Below are positions 1-8,787 of a DNA stretch of 31,696 nt, piece after piece. Source of the stretch: an uncultured archaeon. Its GTDB lineage: Archaea > Asgardarchaeota > Lokiarchaeia > Sigyniarchaeales > SOKP01. A model generated the notes under the pieces. It was not told where the DNA came from. It did no database searches and saw only the letters and a program-made list of their open reading frames with translations. The first letter of the stretch is position 1. Each line of letters opens with the position of its first letter. Made by a program: the position numbers and the translations under genes. The stretch covers positions 1-31,696 of the forward strand of contig CAYLZE010000056.1 of the NCBI GenBank assembly GCA_964388035.1, written 5' to 3'.

Positions 1-154
1 TGAGGATAACTTCAAAAAAACTCACGGATAAATTAAATATTTTACAGAAAAATTGAGCATGCCATCAGAAAGGATTGCTATTCCTTATTCAGAATGTAAT
101 AATGCATCTCCTCGATGGCTTAAAAGTCATTAATTAGTCTTAATTTTAAATAAA

Positions 155-433
155 TTATTTAATTCCTGCTTCCTTTTTAATTATTTTCCAATCTCGTTCT
201 TCAGGGGTAGCGGGAGTTTTAATAAAGAAATTTAATTCACTACTTCCACAATAATTAGTTTCTAAAACAATCGCATCCTCACCAAATAGCTGCCAGTAAT
301 TTTTCAACTCTTCCTCTGATCTCCCTTCTATTCTCATTTCTTCGAGAGAATCTCTTACCCATCGTCGCGCAAATTCCCTGGCGAGTTCTTTTTGTAGGAA
401 ATCCAGTGATAGCATAATGTTCATTTCCATCAT
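155..433 (-). CDS. Small hypothetical protein (92 aa)
   Basis: ATG-started ORF with protein-like charged/helical composition; in-frame TAG six codons upstream fixes the start; no recognised motif. Confidence 0.6.
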   Translation of the reverse strand: MMEMNIMLSLDFLQKELAREFARRWVRDSLEEMRIEGRSEEELKNYWQLFGEDAIVLETNYCGSSELNFFIKTPATPEERDWKIIKKEAGIK

Positions 434-731
434 GTAAGTGGAAATTATCTATTATTAGAACCGAATAACTTGTTTTATTTATTTGGGAAATTTAAACCAC
501 CACTTAAAGTTATTACTGATACATTAGGACTATCTATCAAAGAAAAAGAAGAATAATTTTTTTTAGTTTTGGCTAATTTCAAATTAACAGAAAATAAATT
601 TTTACCCATCGGGAGTAATCAATATAATTGAACCCATTTATCCTAAAAAGGATAACGGATAATTAATTTAAAGAATTAATTTAAAGTATTTTCTTAAAAT
701 ATAACTCTTATTAAAAAGATATTATAATAAA

Positions 732-1235
732 ATGGTACGTCCTTGGTATTGGCCCGAAGGTGGAATGCCAGAAAGAGCATCTCCCTTTAATTGGATCGTC
801 AAGAATAAAATGGCGGCGAGTTGGTGGCCTGATGAAGATGTATTTGATATCTATAGGCAAGAGGGTATAAAAGTCATCATCAATTGTTCTGAATTCGATA
901 ATAGGAATAGTATCCCTCCCAAATTTAAATATTATCATATACGTATCCCAGATTATGGAAATCCTACGGATGAACAAGTACAAGAATTCCTCGATATTAC
1001 CGATGATCATTCAGAGAAAAATGAGCCGATGGTCGTGCATTGTGTTGCAGGTTGTGGAAGAACCGGGACATTAATCGTGATTTGGGCTGCTTTTAATAAT
1101 TATATCCCTAAAAACATGGATCCTGTTCAATGGATCAGAAAAATAAGAAAATGCTGCTTGGAGACCAGGGAGCAAATGGAATTAGCCAGAGCCATGGCAA
1201 AAATATATCATAGAAGAAAAAAGAATAAATCTTGA
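732..1235 (+). CDS. Dual-specificity/tyrosine protein phosphatase, DUSP23-like
   Basis: CX5R P-loop VHCVAGCGRTG, general-acid loop IPDYG, N-terminal FNWIV and C-terminal IRKIR...ETREQ, the layout of small atypical DSPs. Confidence 0.9.
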   Translation: MVRPWYWPEGGMPERASPFNWIVKNKMAASWWPDEDVFDIYRQEGIKVIINCSEFDNRNSIPPKFKYYHIRIPDYGNPTDEQVQEFLDITDDHSEKNEPMVVHCVAGCGRTGTLIVIWAAFNNYIPKNMDPVQWIRKIRKCCLETREQMELARAMAKIYHRRKKNKS

Positions 1236-1265
1236 TAATTATATTATGAAAATAAGAATTAGAAC

Positions 1266-2405
1266 ATGACATCTCAAGACTATATAGATTTTATTTTTGA
1301 AAATATATTGATTTTTAAGCTTAATGATAAGCCAGAATTTCAAGAAGATAAATTAAGACCAATTTTAAATGCAATAGATGAAAATAGTCTAAAGATTGCA
1401 GCGGGATTTAATAAATACTTATTAACTTACTTCATTTTAAAAGTAATCAACGAAGATAAAATCCACCTCGAAGAGAACCTGAAAAAACTTGAGAAACTGT
1501 CCCTACTGATTGGTCCCATGGGAGCTTTAAGTTATTTTACTCCCAATCAGATGGAGTACGTGCTGGATAAGTTAAATTCAATGCCTTTTGATGATATTAC
1601 CGAAGAAAAAATAAGCATTTTAGGCGATGAGCAATTACATCAAGAATTTGGAGGTTCGGGATATACTTCTCAAGATGCATTATTAAACCAACTCACATCT
1701 GCAGAATATTATCTCAAGGAGATGGGATATTCTGATGAGGAAATAAAAGTAAAGGTCGAAGCTGCTAAAAAAAACCCAGAAACCATCGATTCACTCTTTA
1801 GCGCTCCAAGAAAAGAAATAATGAGCCTACCTCCTGAACTACAACAGAGGAATGTTAATTCTGAAACATCAACCCCGGTTGATGAGGGCAAGAAAGAAGA
1901 AGCTATTAGCCGTCATATTGCGTCCATTCAATCCGAAGGAGATGAAGAAAGAAATCAAAAGGTGGAAGAAATCGTGGAAAAAATCAAAAAAATAGTGAAA
2001 GATGCCATGAATGAAAATCAAGAAAAAGTTTTCCGTCAAATGCATCCCGACCGATTAAATAGAGCTTTTAAGATGTTAACCGATACTAAAAGAAAAGCGG
2101 ATAGAATATCATTATATTTAGATTGGTTCGCGAATAGTTTCCTCCTTTCAAAGATAGAATTAAAAGTAGAACATTGGCAAGTTTCATCAGCAGCACGCCA
2201 AGGTAGCACGGGGGTCTATACTGCCGGCATAGATTTTTCCCGCTATGATAATATCATTAAAGATTTTTCTGATTCTAAACTAGAAAAGGTAGTCAATATC
2301 TCAAATAAGATTTTAGTCAATCCTTCCAAGAAAGCCATTCAAAAATTAGGGCAAGATTTAATTGCTGAAACGGGATTTGATGAACACCTTTATTTCACGG
2401 ATTAA
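1266..2405 (+). CDS. Hypothetical, mostly alpha-helical protein (379 aa), probably co-transcribed with the phosphatase
   Basis: Long ORF starting 30 nt after the phosphatase stop; acidic low-complexity central linker; no recognised motif. Confidence 0.8.
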   Translation: MTSQDYIDFIFENILIFKLNDKPEFQEDKLRPILNAIDENSLKIAAGFNKYLLTYFILKVINEDKIHLEENLKKLEKLSLLIGPMGALSYFTPNQMEYVLDKLNSMPFDDITEEKISILGDEQLHQEFGGSGYTSQDALLNQLTSAEYYLKEMGYSDEEIKVKVEAAKKNPETIDSLFSAPRKEIMSLPPELQQRNVNSETSTPVDEGKKEEAISRHIASIQSEGDEERNQKVEEIVEKIKKIVKDAMNENQEKVFRQMHPDRLNRAFKMLTDTKRKADRISLYLDWFANSFLLSKIELKVEHWQVSSAARQGSTGVYTAGIDFSRYDNIIKDFSDSKLEKVVNISNKILVNPSKKAIQKLGQDLIAETGFDEHLYFTD

Positions 2406-2410
2406 AATAG

Positions 2411-3220
2411 CTAAAATAGAGAGATATAATAGGTGAATTTATCATCTTTTATCTCATATGCAGGGAAAAAGGCATGTCTCTTTCTAGCATCCCAAAGATT
2501 ATCAATTTTTTCAATCCCTTCTTTGAGAGCCATTAAAAGTTCCCTATCGCAGGGCGTTTTGGTATGAGAGGGAAAAAGTGAGAATTTTTCATTAGCTGTG
2601 CATATTTTGATTAATTTCTCCAAAGTATTTAATACGATGGGGAAATCTTCTCTTTTAGGCAGAAAATGTTCCCCATAATATGCCACATCACCGGTGAAAA
2701 GCTCATTTTTATTAGTATAAAGGCAAATAGAACCGGGTGAATGACCGGGAGCGTGAATTACTCTGACGATAAGATCCCCTAAATTAAATGTATCCCCATC
2801 TTGTAAAATTCGAATCTTTTTTGCAGGTGGAATTAAAAAATTAAACTTTTCATGGGTCTTTATGGTATCATAAGGGGAGTCTTTCAAAAAAGAGACATTA
2901 TAAGGTTTAGAAATTACATGAGAATCATTTGCATGGATGAATACTTCCTTAAAATCCATGTTTCCCAGCACGTGGTCCCAATGTGCGTGAGTATTTAAAA
3001 CCATCAATTCTTTCTCTCCAATTAATTTATCCACTATTGACTTTAAGGGTTCAATTCTACATCCCGTATCAATAAGGAGCGCTTTTTGGGAACCGAGTAG
3101 AAGATACAAGTTTAAGGGGCTATTTTTGTATACGGGATGAATATCCGTTATACTTTCTTGAATTATGTATAAGTAATCTTTATACTTAATCACATTATAA
3201 CGAGATTTTACATCATTCAT
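2411..3220 (-). CDS. Metallo-beta-lactamase fold hydrolase
   Basis: LIDTG, THAHWDH (HxHxDH), PGHSPGS, FTGD and PSH motifs. ATG at 3220 (MNDVKS) preferred over the track's non-ATG start at 3241. Confidence 0.9.
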   Translation of the reverse strand: MNDVKSRYNVIKYKDYLYIIQESITDIHPVYKNSPLNLYLLLGSQKALLIDTGCRIEPLKSIVDKLIGEKELMVLNTHAHWDHVLGNMDFKEVFIHANDSHVISKPYNVSFLKDSPYDTIKTHEKFNFLIPPAKKIRILQDGDTFNLGDLIVRVIHAPGHSPGSICLYTNKNELFTGDVAYYGEHFLPKREDFPIVLNTLEKLIKICTANEKFSLFPSHTKTPCDRELLMALKEGIEKIDNLWDARKRHAFFPAYEIKDDKFTYYISLF

Positions 3221-3269
3221 TTTCCTAACAAAAAGCGACAAGTAGCTTTATAAAATCAAGCTATAAGCG

Positions 3270-4892
3270 CTATTTTTTAAATACTGTTTTTCCTCTTATG
3301 ATTGTCTCGAGCACCTGGATGTCTTTTAAATTTTCCGCAGAAGTTTTAGCAACTTCTATTGGGTTTTTATCCAAAATAACCAAATCCGCAAATTTTCCCA
3401 CTTCAATACTCCCTTTAATATCCTCTTCAAAAGCGGCATATGCTGCATTAATTGTATAAGATTTCAAGGCGTCTTGAATGGAAATGCACTGCTCGGGTAT
3501 AAATCCCCCACGTGTACATAATGCATATAGACCCAGTATAGGACTGGGATCTTCTACGGGGCAATCTGAGCCTGAGGCTATGAGAACGCCAGCATCTAAT
3601 AAGGACTTAATGGGATAAGCCCGTTTCGAGCGTTCTTTTCCTAGGCGATAATCTGCAAGTGCAGAATCCGTGGTGATAAAAGGAGGTTGAATCGAGGCAA
3701 TTAATTGTAAATCTTTCATATCTTGAATTGTATCAGGGGTTAATACAGAAGCATGTTCAATTCTGTGGCGATGGTTCTCACGAGGATATTCCATTAACAA
3801 TTTTTTATATAAATCAACTAAAACCCGACATCCTCGATCGCCGATACTATGTATAGCTAATTGAAATCCAAGATTATGCCCTTCCTTCATTTCCTTGTAT
3901 AAGGTTTCTATATCATTATAAACGCAGAGACCAGAAGAATTCGGATTATCCGTATATGGTTCGAGCATCCAAGCCGTGCTGGCACCTAAAGATCCATCTA
4001 TAAATAATTTTTGCGCTTCCACCCTGAATTTGCTCTCTTTTTTGCCCCCATCCAATGGGAGTTTTTTAATTTTTTTGATTTTTTTCGCTGATTTTGAAAT
4101 TACAAGACTATACCAATTTTGTAGAATTAAATTTTGGATAGATTTCATTATTGGAATCTCTATTGCTCCAATTTCGTCAAATTCTCCTCCCGCACCTAAA
4201 CTAATAACGCCATGAAGGGAAGTGATCCCTTTTTCGGCTAAGCTTGAAAACGCTTTTCTTGCCGCCAGGCTTATTTGATCCATGCTGGGGATTGCAAATT
4301 TTCCCATAAAGACGCGGACTGCTTGTTCGGTCACCACTCCCGTTAATTCTCCCTTATCATTCTTTCGATATTCGCTCCCTTCAGGTGGGATTGAGGTTTT
4401 ATCAATGCCAGCGTCTGCTAATGCTTTACTATTTGCCACACCACAATGCCCGTCAAACCGCAAAATAAAAGCAGGATTATCCGGACAAGCTTTATCTAGA
4501 TCCCAGCGATTAGGTAATTTTTTATCCTTAGGGTCTTTAAATTTAAGTTCATCATATGCTACACCAAAAATCAATTCTCCCGGCGGTCGTTGCTCGGCGG
4601 CTTCTTTCATCCTAATTAAAAATTCTTCATAACTTTGAAGTCCGCGCAAATAAAGGACGATTTGAAATAATACATACCCAATAGGATGACAGTGAGAATC
4701 AGTAAATCCAGGTAATAACGTATTTCCTTCAAGATCAACAAGTTCATAATCTTTTCCCATTATATTTTTTACATCTTCAATCTTACCAACGGCGATTATT
4801 TTCTCTCCTTCGATCCCGATGCTTTCTACTAAAGGAGCCACTTCATTCATCGTGAGAATGGACCTACCATAAAAAATCTTTTTTTCACTCAT
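3270..4892 (-). CDS. Amidohydrolase 3 family, YtcJ-like (paralog 3 of tandem array)
   Basis: LPGFTDSHCHP, KLFIDGSLG, AIHSIGDR, HRIEHAS, GSDCPVE, YTINAA, GSIEVGKFADLVILD. Confidence 0.92.
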   Translation of the reverse strand: MSEKKIFYGRSILTMNEVAPLVESIGIEGEKIIAVGKIEDVKNIMGKDYELVDLEGNTLLPGFTDSHCHPIGYVLFQIVLYLRGLQSYEEFLIRMKEAAEQRPPGELIFGVAYDELKFKDPKDKKLPNRWDLDKACPDNPAFILRFDGHCGVANSKALADAGIDKTSIPPEGSEYRKNDKGELTGVVTEQAVRVFMGKFAIPSMDQISLAARKAFSSLAEKGITSLHGVISLGAGGEFDEIGAIEIPIMKSIQNLILQNWYSLVISKSAKKIKKIKKLPLDGGKKESKFRVEAQKLFIDGSLGASTAWMLEPYTDNPNSSGLCVYNDIETLYKEMKEGHNLGFQLAIHSIGDRGCRVLVDLYKKLLMEYPRENHRHRIEHASVLTPDTIQDMKDLQLIASIQPPFITTDSALADYRLGKERSKRAYPIKSLLDAGVLIASGSDCPVEDPSPILGLYALCTRGGFIPEQCISIQDALKSYTINAAYAAFEEDIKGSIEVGKFADLVILDKNPIEVAKTSAENLKDIQVLETIIRGKTVFKK

Positions 4893-5010
4893 TTAGACCA
4901 TCCACTTTTTTCAATTAAATCATTTAATTCTTGAATTAGTATTCATTTAATATTTAAAATATTTTTCTCTTCAAATTAGAAAAATAAGGAAAAAACCGCG
5001 AGAAAGGTTT

Positions 5011-6630
5011 TTACTTTTTATCTCTTTGAAAAACCACTTCACCTTTGATGATAGTGGAAAGAATTTGGATGTTTTTCACTTCATTAGGAGGTGTTGTAAG
5101 TGGATTCCTGTCAAGAATGACAAAATCAGCCATTTTTCCAAGTTCAATCGTTCCTCGTACTTTTTCTTGAAAACAAGCAAATGCTGCATTAATAGTATAG
5201 AATTTTAATGCTTCTTCTATTGGAATACATTGCTCGGGAACAAATCCATTACGAGTAACCAATGCATGAAGTCCCTTAATGGGATCAGGGTCTTCAACGG
5301 GACAATCGGAGCCTGCCGCGACTATAACCCCCTCAGAAATTAAAGATTTATAGGGATAAGCCTGCTTGCTCCGTTCTTTCCCTATCCTTCTTTCGAGCCA
5401 TTTGTATTCGGAATTAAGAAAGGAAGGTTGACAAGAAGCAATAATCCCTAATTCCTTCATGTCCTTAATGACATCGTCCATTAACGAGCTGCAATGTTCG
5501 ATTCTATGGCGATGATCCTCACGAGGATAATCCTTTAAAAGTTTTTTATACATGTCCACTAACATGCGGTTTGCTTTATCTCCAATACTGTGTATCGCGA
5601 TTTGATAACCAAGATTATGGGCTTCCACCATTCTTTCATAAAGCACGTTTTTATCCACCACCAAAAATCCATTCTTTTCTGGTAGATCCGTGAAATTCTC
5701 ATACATCAAAGCCGAAGCAGACCCATAAGTTCCATCAAACCATGATTTTAACGCACCTACTTTATACTTTCCCTCTTCCTCCTTGTCATGCAATGCTGAT
5801 TTTCTTAATCTGTTAAGTTTTTTAGGAGTTTGAGTATATACCATGAAATAATAGTTTTGAAAGATTTTATCCTTAACTAATTTCATGATCGGGATCGAAA
5901 TTCCGCCAAGATTTTCCACTCCACCTTCATGATCTAGTTCAATAAGTCCGTGAACAGATGTAATGCCCTTCTCTGCCAAGCTTTGGGAAAACTTTAATGC
6001 AGCAGCATTCGTGGTCTCAGAATCGGGAGGTGGGATACTATTCATGACGAGATTGGTTGCATTTTCCGTTAAGATTCCTGTTATCTTGCCCTCCTTATTT
6101 TTCTGAATTTCTCCACCTTCTGGGACAGGTGTATTTTCATTTATTCCAAATGCCTTCAAGGCTTTACTATTTATAACGATTAAATGTCCATCGGTTCTTA
6201 AGATTCCACAGGGGTTATCCATAACAGCTTCATCTAAATCCCAACGCGTGGGAAGAACTGGAGGATTAAAATTCTGTTCATTGAAGTTTAATCCCAATAT
6301 TAACTCATCGGGTTTTTTTTGTTGCGCAGATTTTTTTAAGACGGTTTTTAATTCATCTATACTTTTTACTTCAGCCAGATCGGGAAAAATGAAATAAAAA
6401 AGAGAGCCCACGGGATGGATATGACAATCTGAAAATCCGGGAAGCATGCATGCCCCTTTTAAGTCAATGAGTTCAGTATTTTCTCCCATTTGATTTTGGA
6501 CTTCTTTTAAACTACCCGTTGCCTCAATTTTTTCATCTACGATCCCTACAGCTTCAATTATTGAATTCGCCAGATTGGAAGTCGTCATGCTTAAAATTAT
6601 ACCATTGTGAAATATTTTTTTATTAATCAT
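5011..6630 (-). CDS. Amidohydrolase 3 family, YtcJ-like (paralog 2)
   Basis: LPGFSDCHIHP, KSWFDGTYG, AIHSIGDK, HRIEHCS, GSDCPVE, GTIELGKMADFVILD; GAGGT Shine-Dalgarno upstream. Confidence 0.92.
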   Translation of the reverse strand: MINKKIFHNGIILSMTTSNLANSIIEAVGIVDEKIEATGSLKEVQNQMGENTELIDLKGACMLPGFSDCHIHPVGSLFYFIFPDLAEVKSIDELKTVLKKSAQQKKPDELILGLNFNEQNFNPPVLPTRWDLDEAVMDNPCGILRTDGHLIVINSKALKAFGINENTPVPEGGEIQKNKEGKITGILTENATNLVMNSIPPPDSETTNAAALKFSQSLAEKGITSVHGLIELDHEGGVENLGGISIPIMKLVKDKIFQNYYFMVYTQTPKKLNRLRKSALHDKEEEGKYKVGALKSWFDGTYGSASALMYENFTDLPEKNGFLVVDKNVLYERMVEAHNLGYQIAIHSIGDKANRMLVDMYKKLLKDYPREDHRHRIEHCSSLMDDVIKDMKELGIIASCQPSFLNSEYKWLERRIGKERSKQAYPYKSLISEGVIVAAGSDCPVEDPDPIKGLHALVTRNGFVPEQCIPIEEALKFYTINAAFACFQEKVRGTIELGKMADFVILDRNPLTTPPNEVKNIQILSTIIKGEVVFQRDKK

Positions 6631-6640
6631 TTTATGATTT

Positions 6641-6645
6641 ACCTC
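6641..6645 (-). promoter_or_regulatory. Shine-Dalgarno-like GAGGT upstream of amidohydrolase paralog 2
   Basis: Minus strand reads GTGAGGTAAATCATAAA-ATG. Confidence 0.5.
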
Positions 6646-6772
6646 ACTAATCAGATTAAAATAAACCTAATTTTAATTTGGATGATTATAATACAGGTAT
6701 GAATGATAATTAAATAGTTCCATATTTAACACAAAAGAAAATTAAATTATAAGTATTTGATTTACAAAATAA

Positions 6773-8374
6773 TTAATTTTTTTTATACACTGTTTTTCCT
6801 CGAATGATGGTTTCTAGAACTTGTATGTTCTTTATTTCATTATTTGGCACTTCTAGAAGATTTTTATCTAAAATTACGAAATCAGCTAATTTTCCTTCTC
6901 CAATGGACCCCTTTAGATTTTCTTCAAAACTGGCGAATGCTGCGTTAATGGTATAAGTTTTTAATGCCTCTTCAATAGAAATACATTGCTCAGGAACAAA
7001 ACCATTCCGAGTAACTAAAGCGTGTAATCCCATAATAACGGAGGGGGATTCCACAGGACAATCCGATCCAGATATGAGAGTAACTCCTGCATCAATTATG
7101 GATTTCATAGGATAGGTATATTTGCAACGTTCTTTTCCTAATCTTTTTTCCAACCAAGTATATTCTGAATTAATAAATGATGGTTGACAAGATGCAATAA
7201 TCCCTAATTCTTTCATATCTCTGATTATATCGTCAGTAAGCATGCTTGCGTGCTCAATTCTGTGTCTATGATCCGTTCTTGGAGATTCCTCAAGTAATCG
7301 CTTAAACAAATTTACCGCTATCCTATTTCCTTTATCCCCTATTACATGAATCCCAATTTGGAAACCTAAATCGTGAGCTACTTTCATTTTTTGATAAATC
7401 TCCTCCAAATCCACCACGCAGAATCCACATTTTTGGGGGTCATCCGTGAAAGGTTCATACATGCAAGCTGTTTGAGCTCCAAAGGTTCCATCCAAGAATA
7501 ATTTCAAGCAACCTAATTTAAATTGACTGTCCTCTTTTCCGAAATCTAAGGGAGGTTTCTTCTTTCGCTTAAGTTTGTTTGGGAATCGCGTGGAGAGTAA
7601 AATATACCAGTTTTGAAGGATGTTATCTTGAACTTTTTCAAAAACGGATAATTCAATGGCACCCAAATCTCCGACTTCACCACCAGGTTCTCCCTGCATT
7701 ATCCCATGAAGGGTGGTAATGCCTTGTTCTGCAAGAATTTTAAATCCTTTTTCTGCTACATTATAAATAGCATCCAAAGATGGTTTATATTTTGAAATTA
7801 TTAATTGCATTGCATTCTCGGAAAAAATACCATTTATTTTTCCATTTTCATCCTTTCTAATTTCTCCTCCTTCTGGTGATACTGTATCTTCGGTCACACC
7901 CGCCCATTCTAATGCCTTAGTATTTGCAATGCCGATATGTCCATCATACCGTAATAAAAAAACAGGATTATCAGGACACGCCTCATCTAAATCCCAGCGA
8001 GTGGGTAAGGTGGGTTTATCAAAATTCTCTTCCTTCAAACTTAATCCTAAGATAAAGGCACCTTTTTCTTTCTTACTTGTTTCTTCAGATAATAATTTCT
8101 TTAATTGTTCTAAACTTTTCACATTCGATAGTATAGGATTAACCAAGAAAAATAAAAAGAATAGAGGATGAATATGACAATCAATGAAACCAGGCATTAA
8201 GACATTGCCTTTCAAATCTATTGATTCAAAATCGCCACCTAACGTTCGCTTTACAGATTCTAAATCCCCAACTGCAATTATTTGTTCGTCAATTACACCC
8301 ACAGCACCAACTCCTTGCAATTTCTTATCCATTGTGAGTATGGGCCCGCCAAAAAACAGTTTTTTCTTTTTCAT
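6773..8374 (-). CDS. Amidohydrolase 3 family, YtcJ-like (paralog 1)
   Basis: MPGFIDCHIHP, KLFLDGTFG, GIHVIGDK, HRIEHAS, GSDCPVE, GSIGEGKLADFVILD. Confidence 0.92.
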   Translation of the reverse strand: MKKKKLFFGGPILTMDKKLQGVGAVGVIDEQIIAVGDLESVKRTLGGDFESIDLKGNVLMPGFIDCHIHPLFFLFFLVNPILSNVKSLEQLKKLLSEETSKKEKGAFILGLSLKEENFDKPTLPTRWDLDEACPDNPVFLLRYDGHIGIANTKALEWAGVTEDTVSPEGGEIRKDENGKINGIFSENAMQLIISKYKPSLDAIYNVAEKGFKILAEQGITTLHGIMQGEPGGEVGDLGAIELSVFEKVQDNILQNWYILLSTRFPNKLKRKKKPPLDFGKEDSQFKLGCLKLFLDGTFGAQTACMYEPFTDDPQKCGFCVVDLEEIYQKMKVAHDLGFQIGIHVIGDKGNRIAVNLFKRLLEESPRTDHRHRIEHASMLTDDIIRDMKELGIIASCQPSFINSEYTWLEKRLGKERCKYTYPMKSIIDAGVTLISGSDCPVESPSVIMGLHALVTRNGFVPEQCISIEEALKTYTINAAFASFEENLKGSIGEGKLADFVILDKNLLEVPNNEIKNIQVLETIIRGKTVYKKN

Positions 8375-8715
8375 TTCTACTAATTGATAGTTTGAAATTG
8401 ATAAAAAATTTAAGGTGATTTATGTAATATCTTACTGGTTTTAAAATCTCGTTTTAATGGATATTGATGTTAAAGTCTCTTGAGCAATGTTTAATTGAAT
8501 TTGAAATGAAAAAGTCTTGGTTTAAAGCTAGTTAAAAATGAATTGTATTAAACAAAAGACGACATAATAAGAATCCACATCACTTTTGAAGAATAATATT
8601 TGCTATTCAATCATTCAAGAGTAAAAAAGAAGAATACTTAATTTACTCCCACATTTAAGAATTAATTCTTAAAAATAAAATGAAAAAAAAGTGTTTATTT
8701 TCTAAATGGTTAATA

Positions 8716-8781
8716 TTTATAAAATTAGTTATTATATATTGTTAAATTAGTAGTAATTTATTTTTAATTATGGAGGAGTGA
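8716..8781 (+). promoter_or_regulatory. Putative TATA box (TTTATAAA, 8716-8723) and Shine-Dalgarno (GGAGGAGTGA, 8772-8781) of the repeat-protein gene
   Basis: Archaeal TATA-like octamer and a strong SD 6 nt before ATG 8788. The region is very AT-rich, so the TATA call is weak. Confidence 0.45.
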
Positions 8782-8787
8782 AATACC

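Noticed and set aside
1-133. Protein-like frame at the window start (EDNFKKTHG*IKYFTEKLSMPSERIAIPYSECNNASPRWLKSH*)
   Set aside because: Interrupted by TAA, short, and without a recognisable motif; cannot be told apart from noise without upstream sequence.
3270-8374. Assembly artefact as the cause of the three amidohydrolase copies
   Set aside because: The copies differ extensively in protein and DNA sequence and have distinct spacers, so they are real paralogs.
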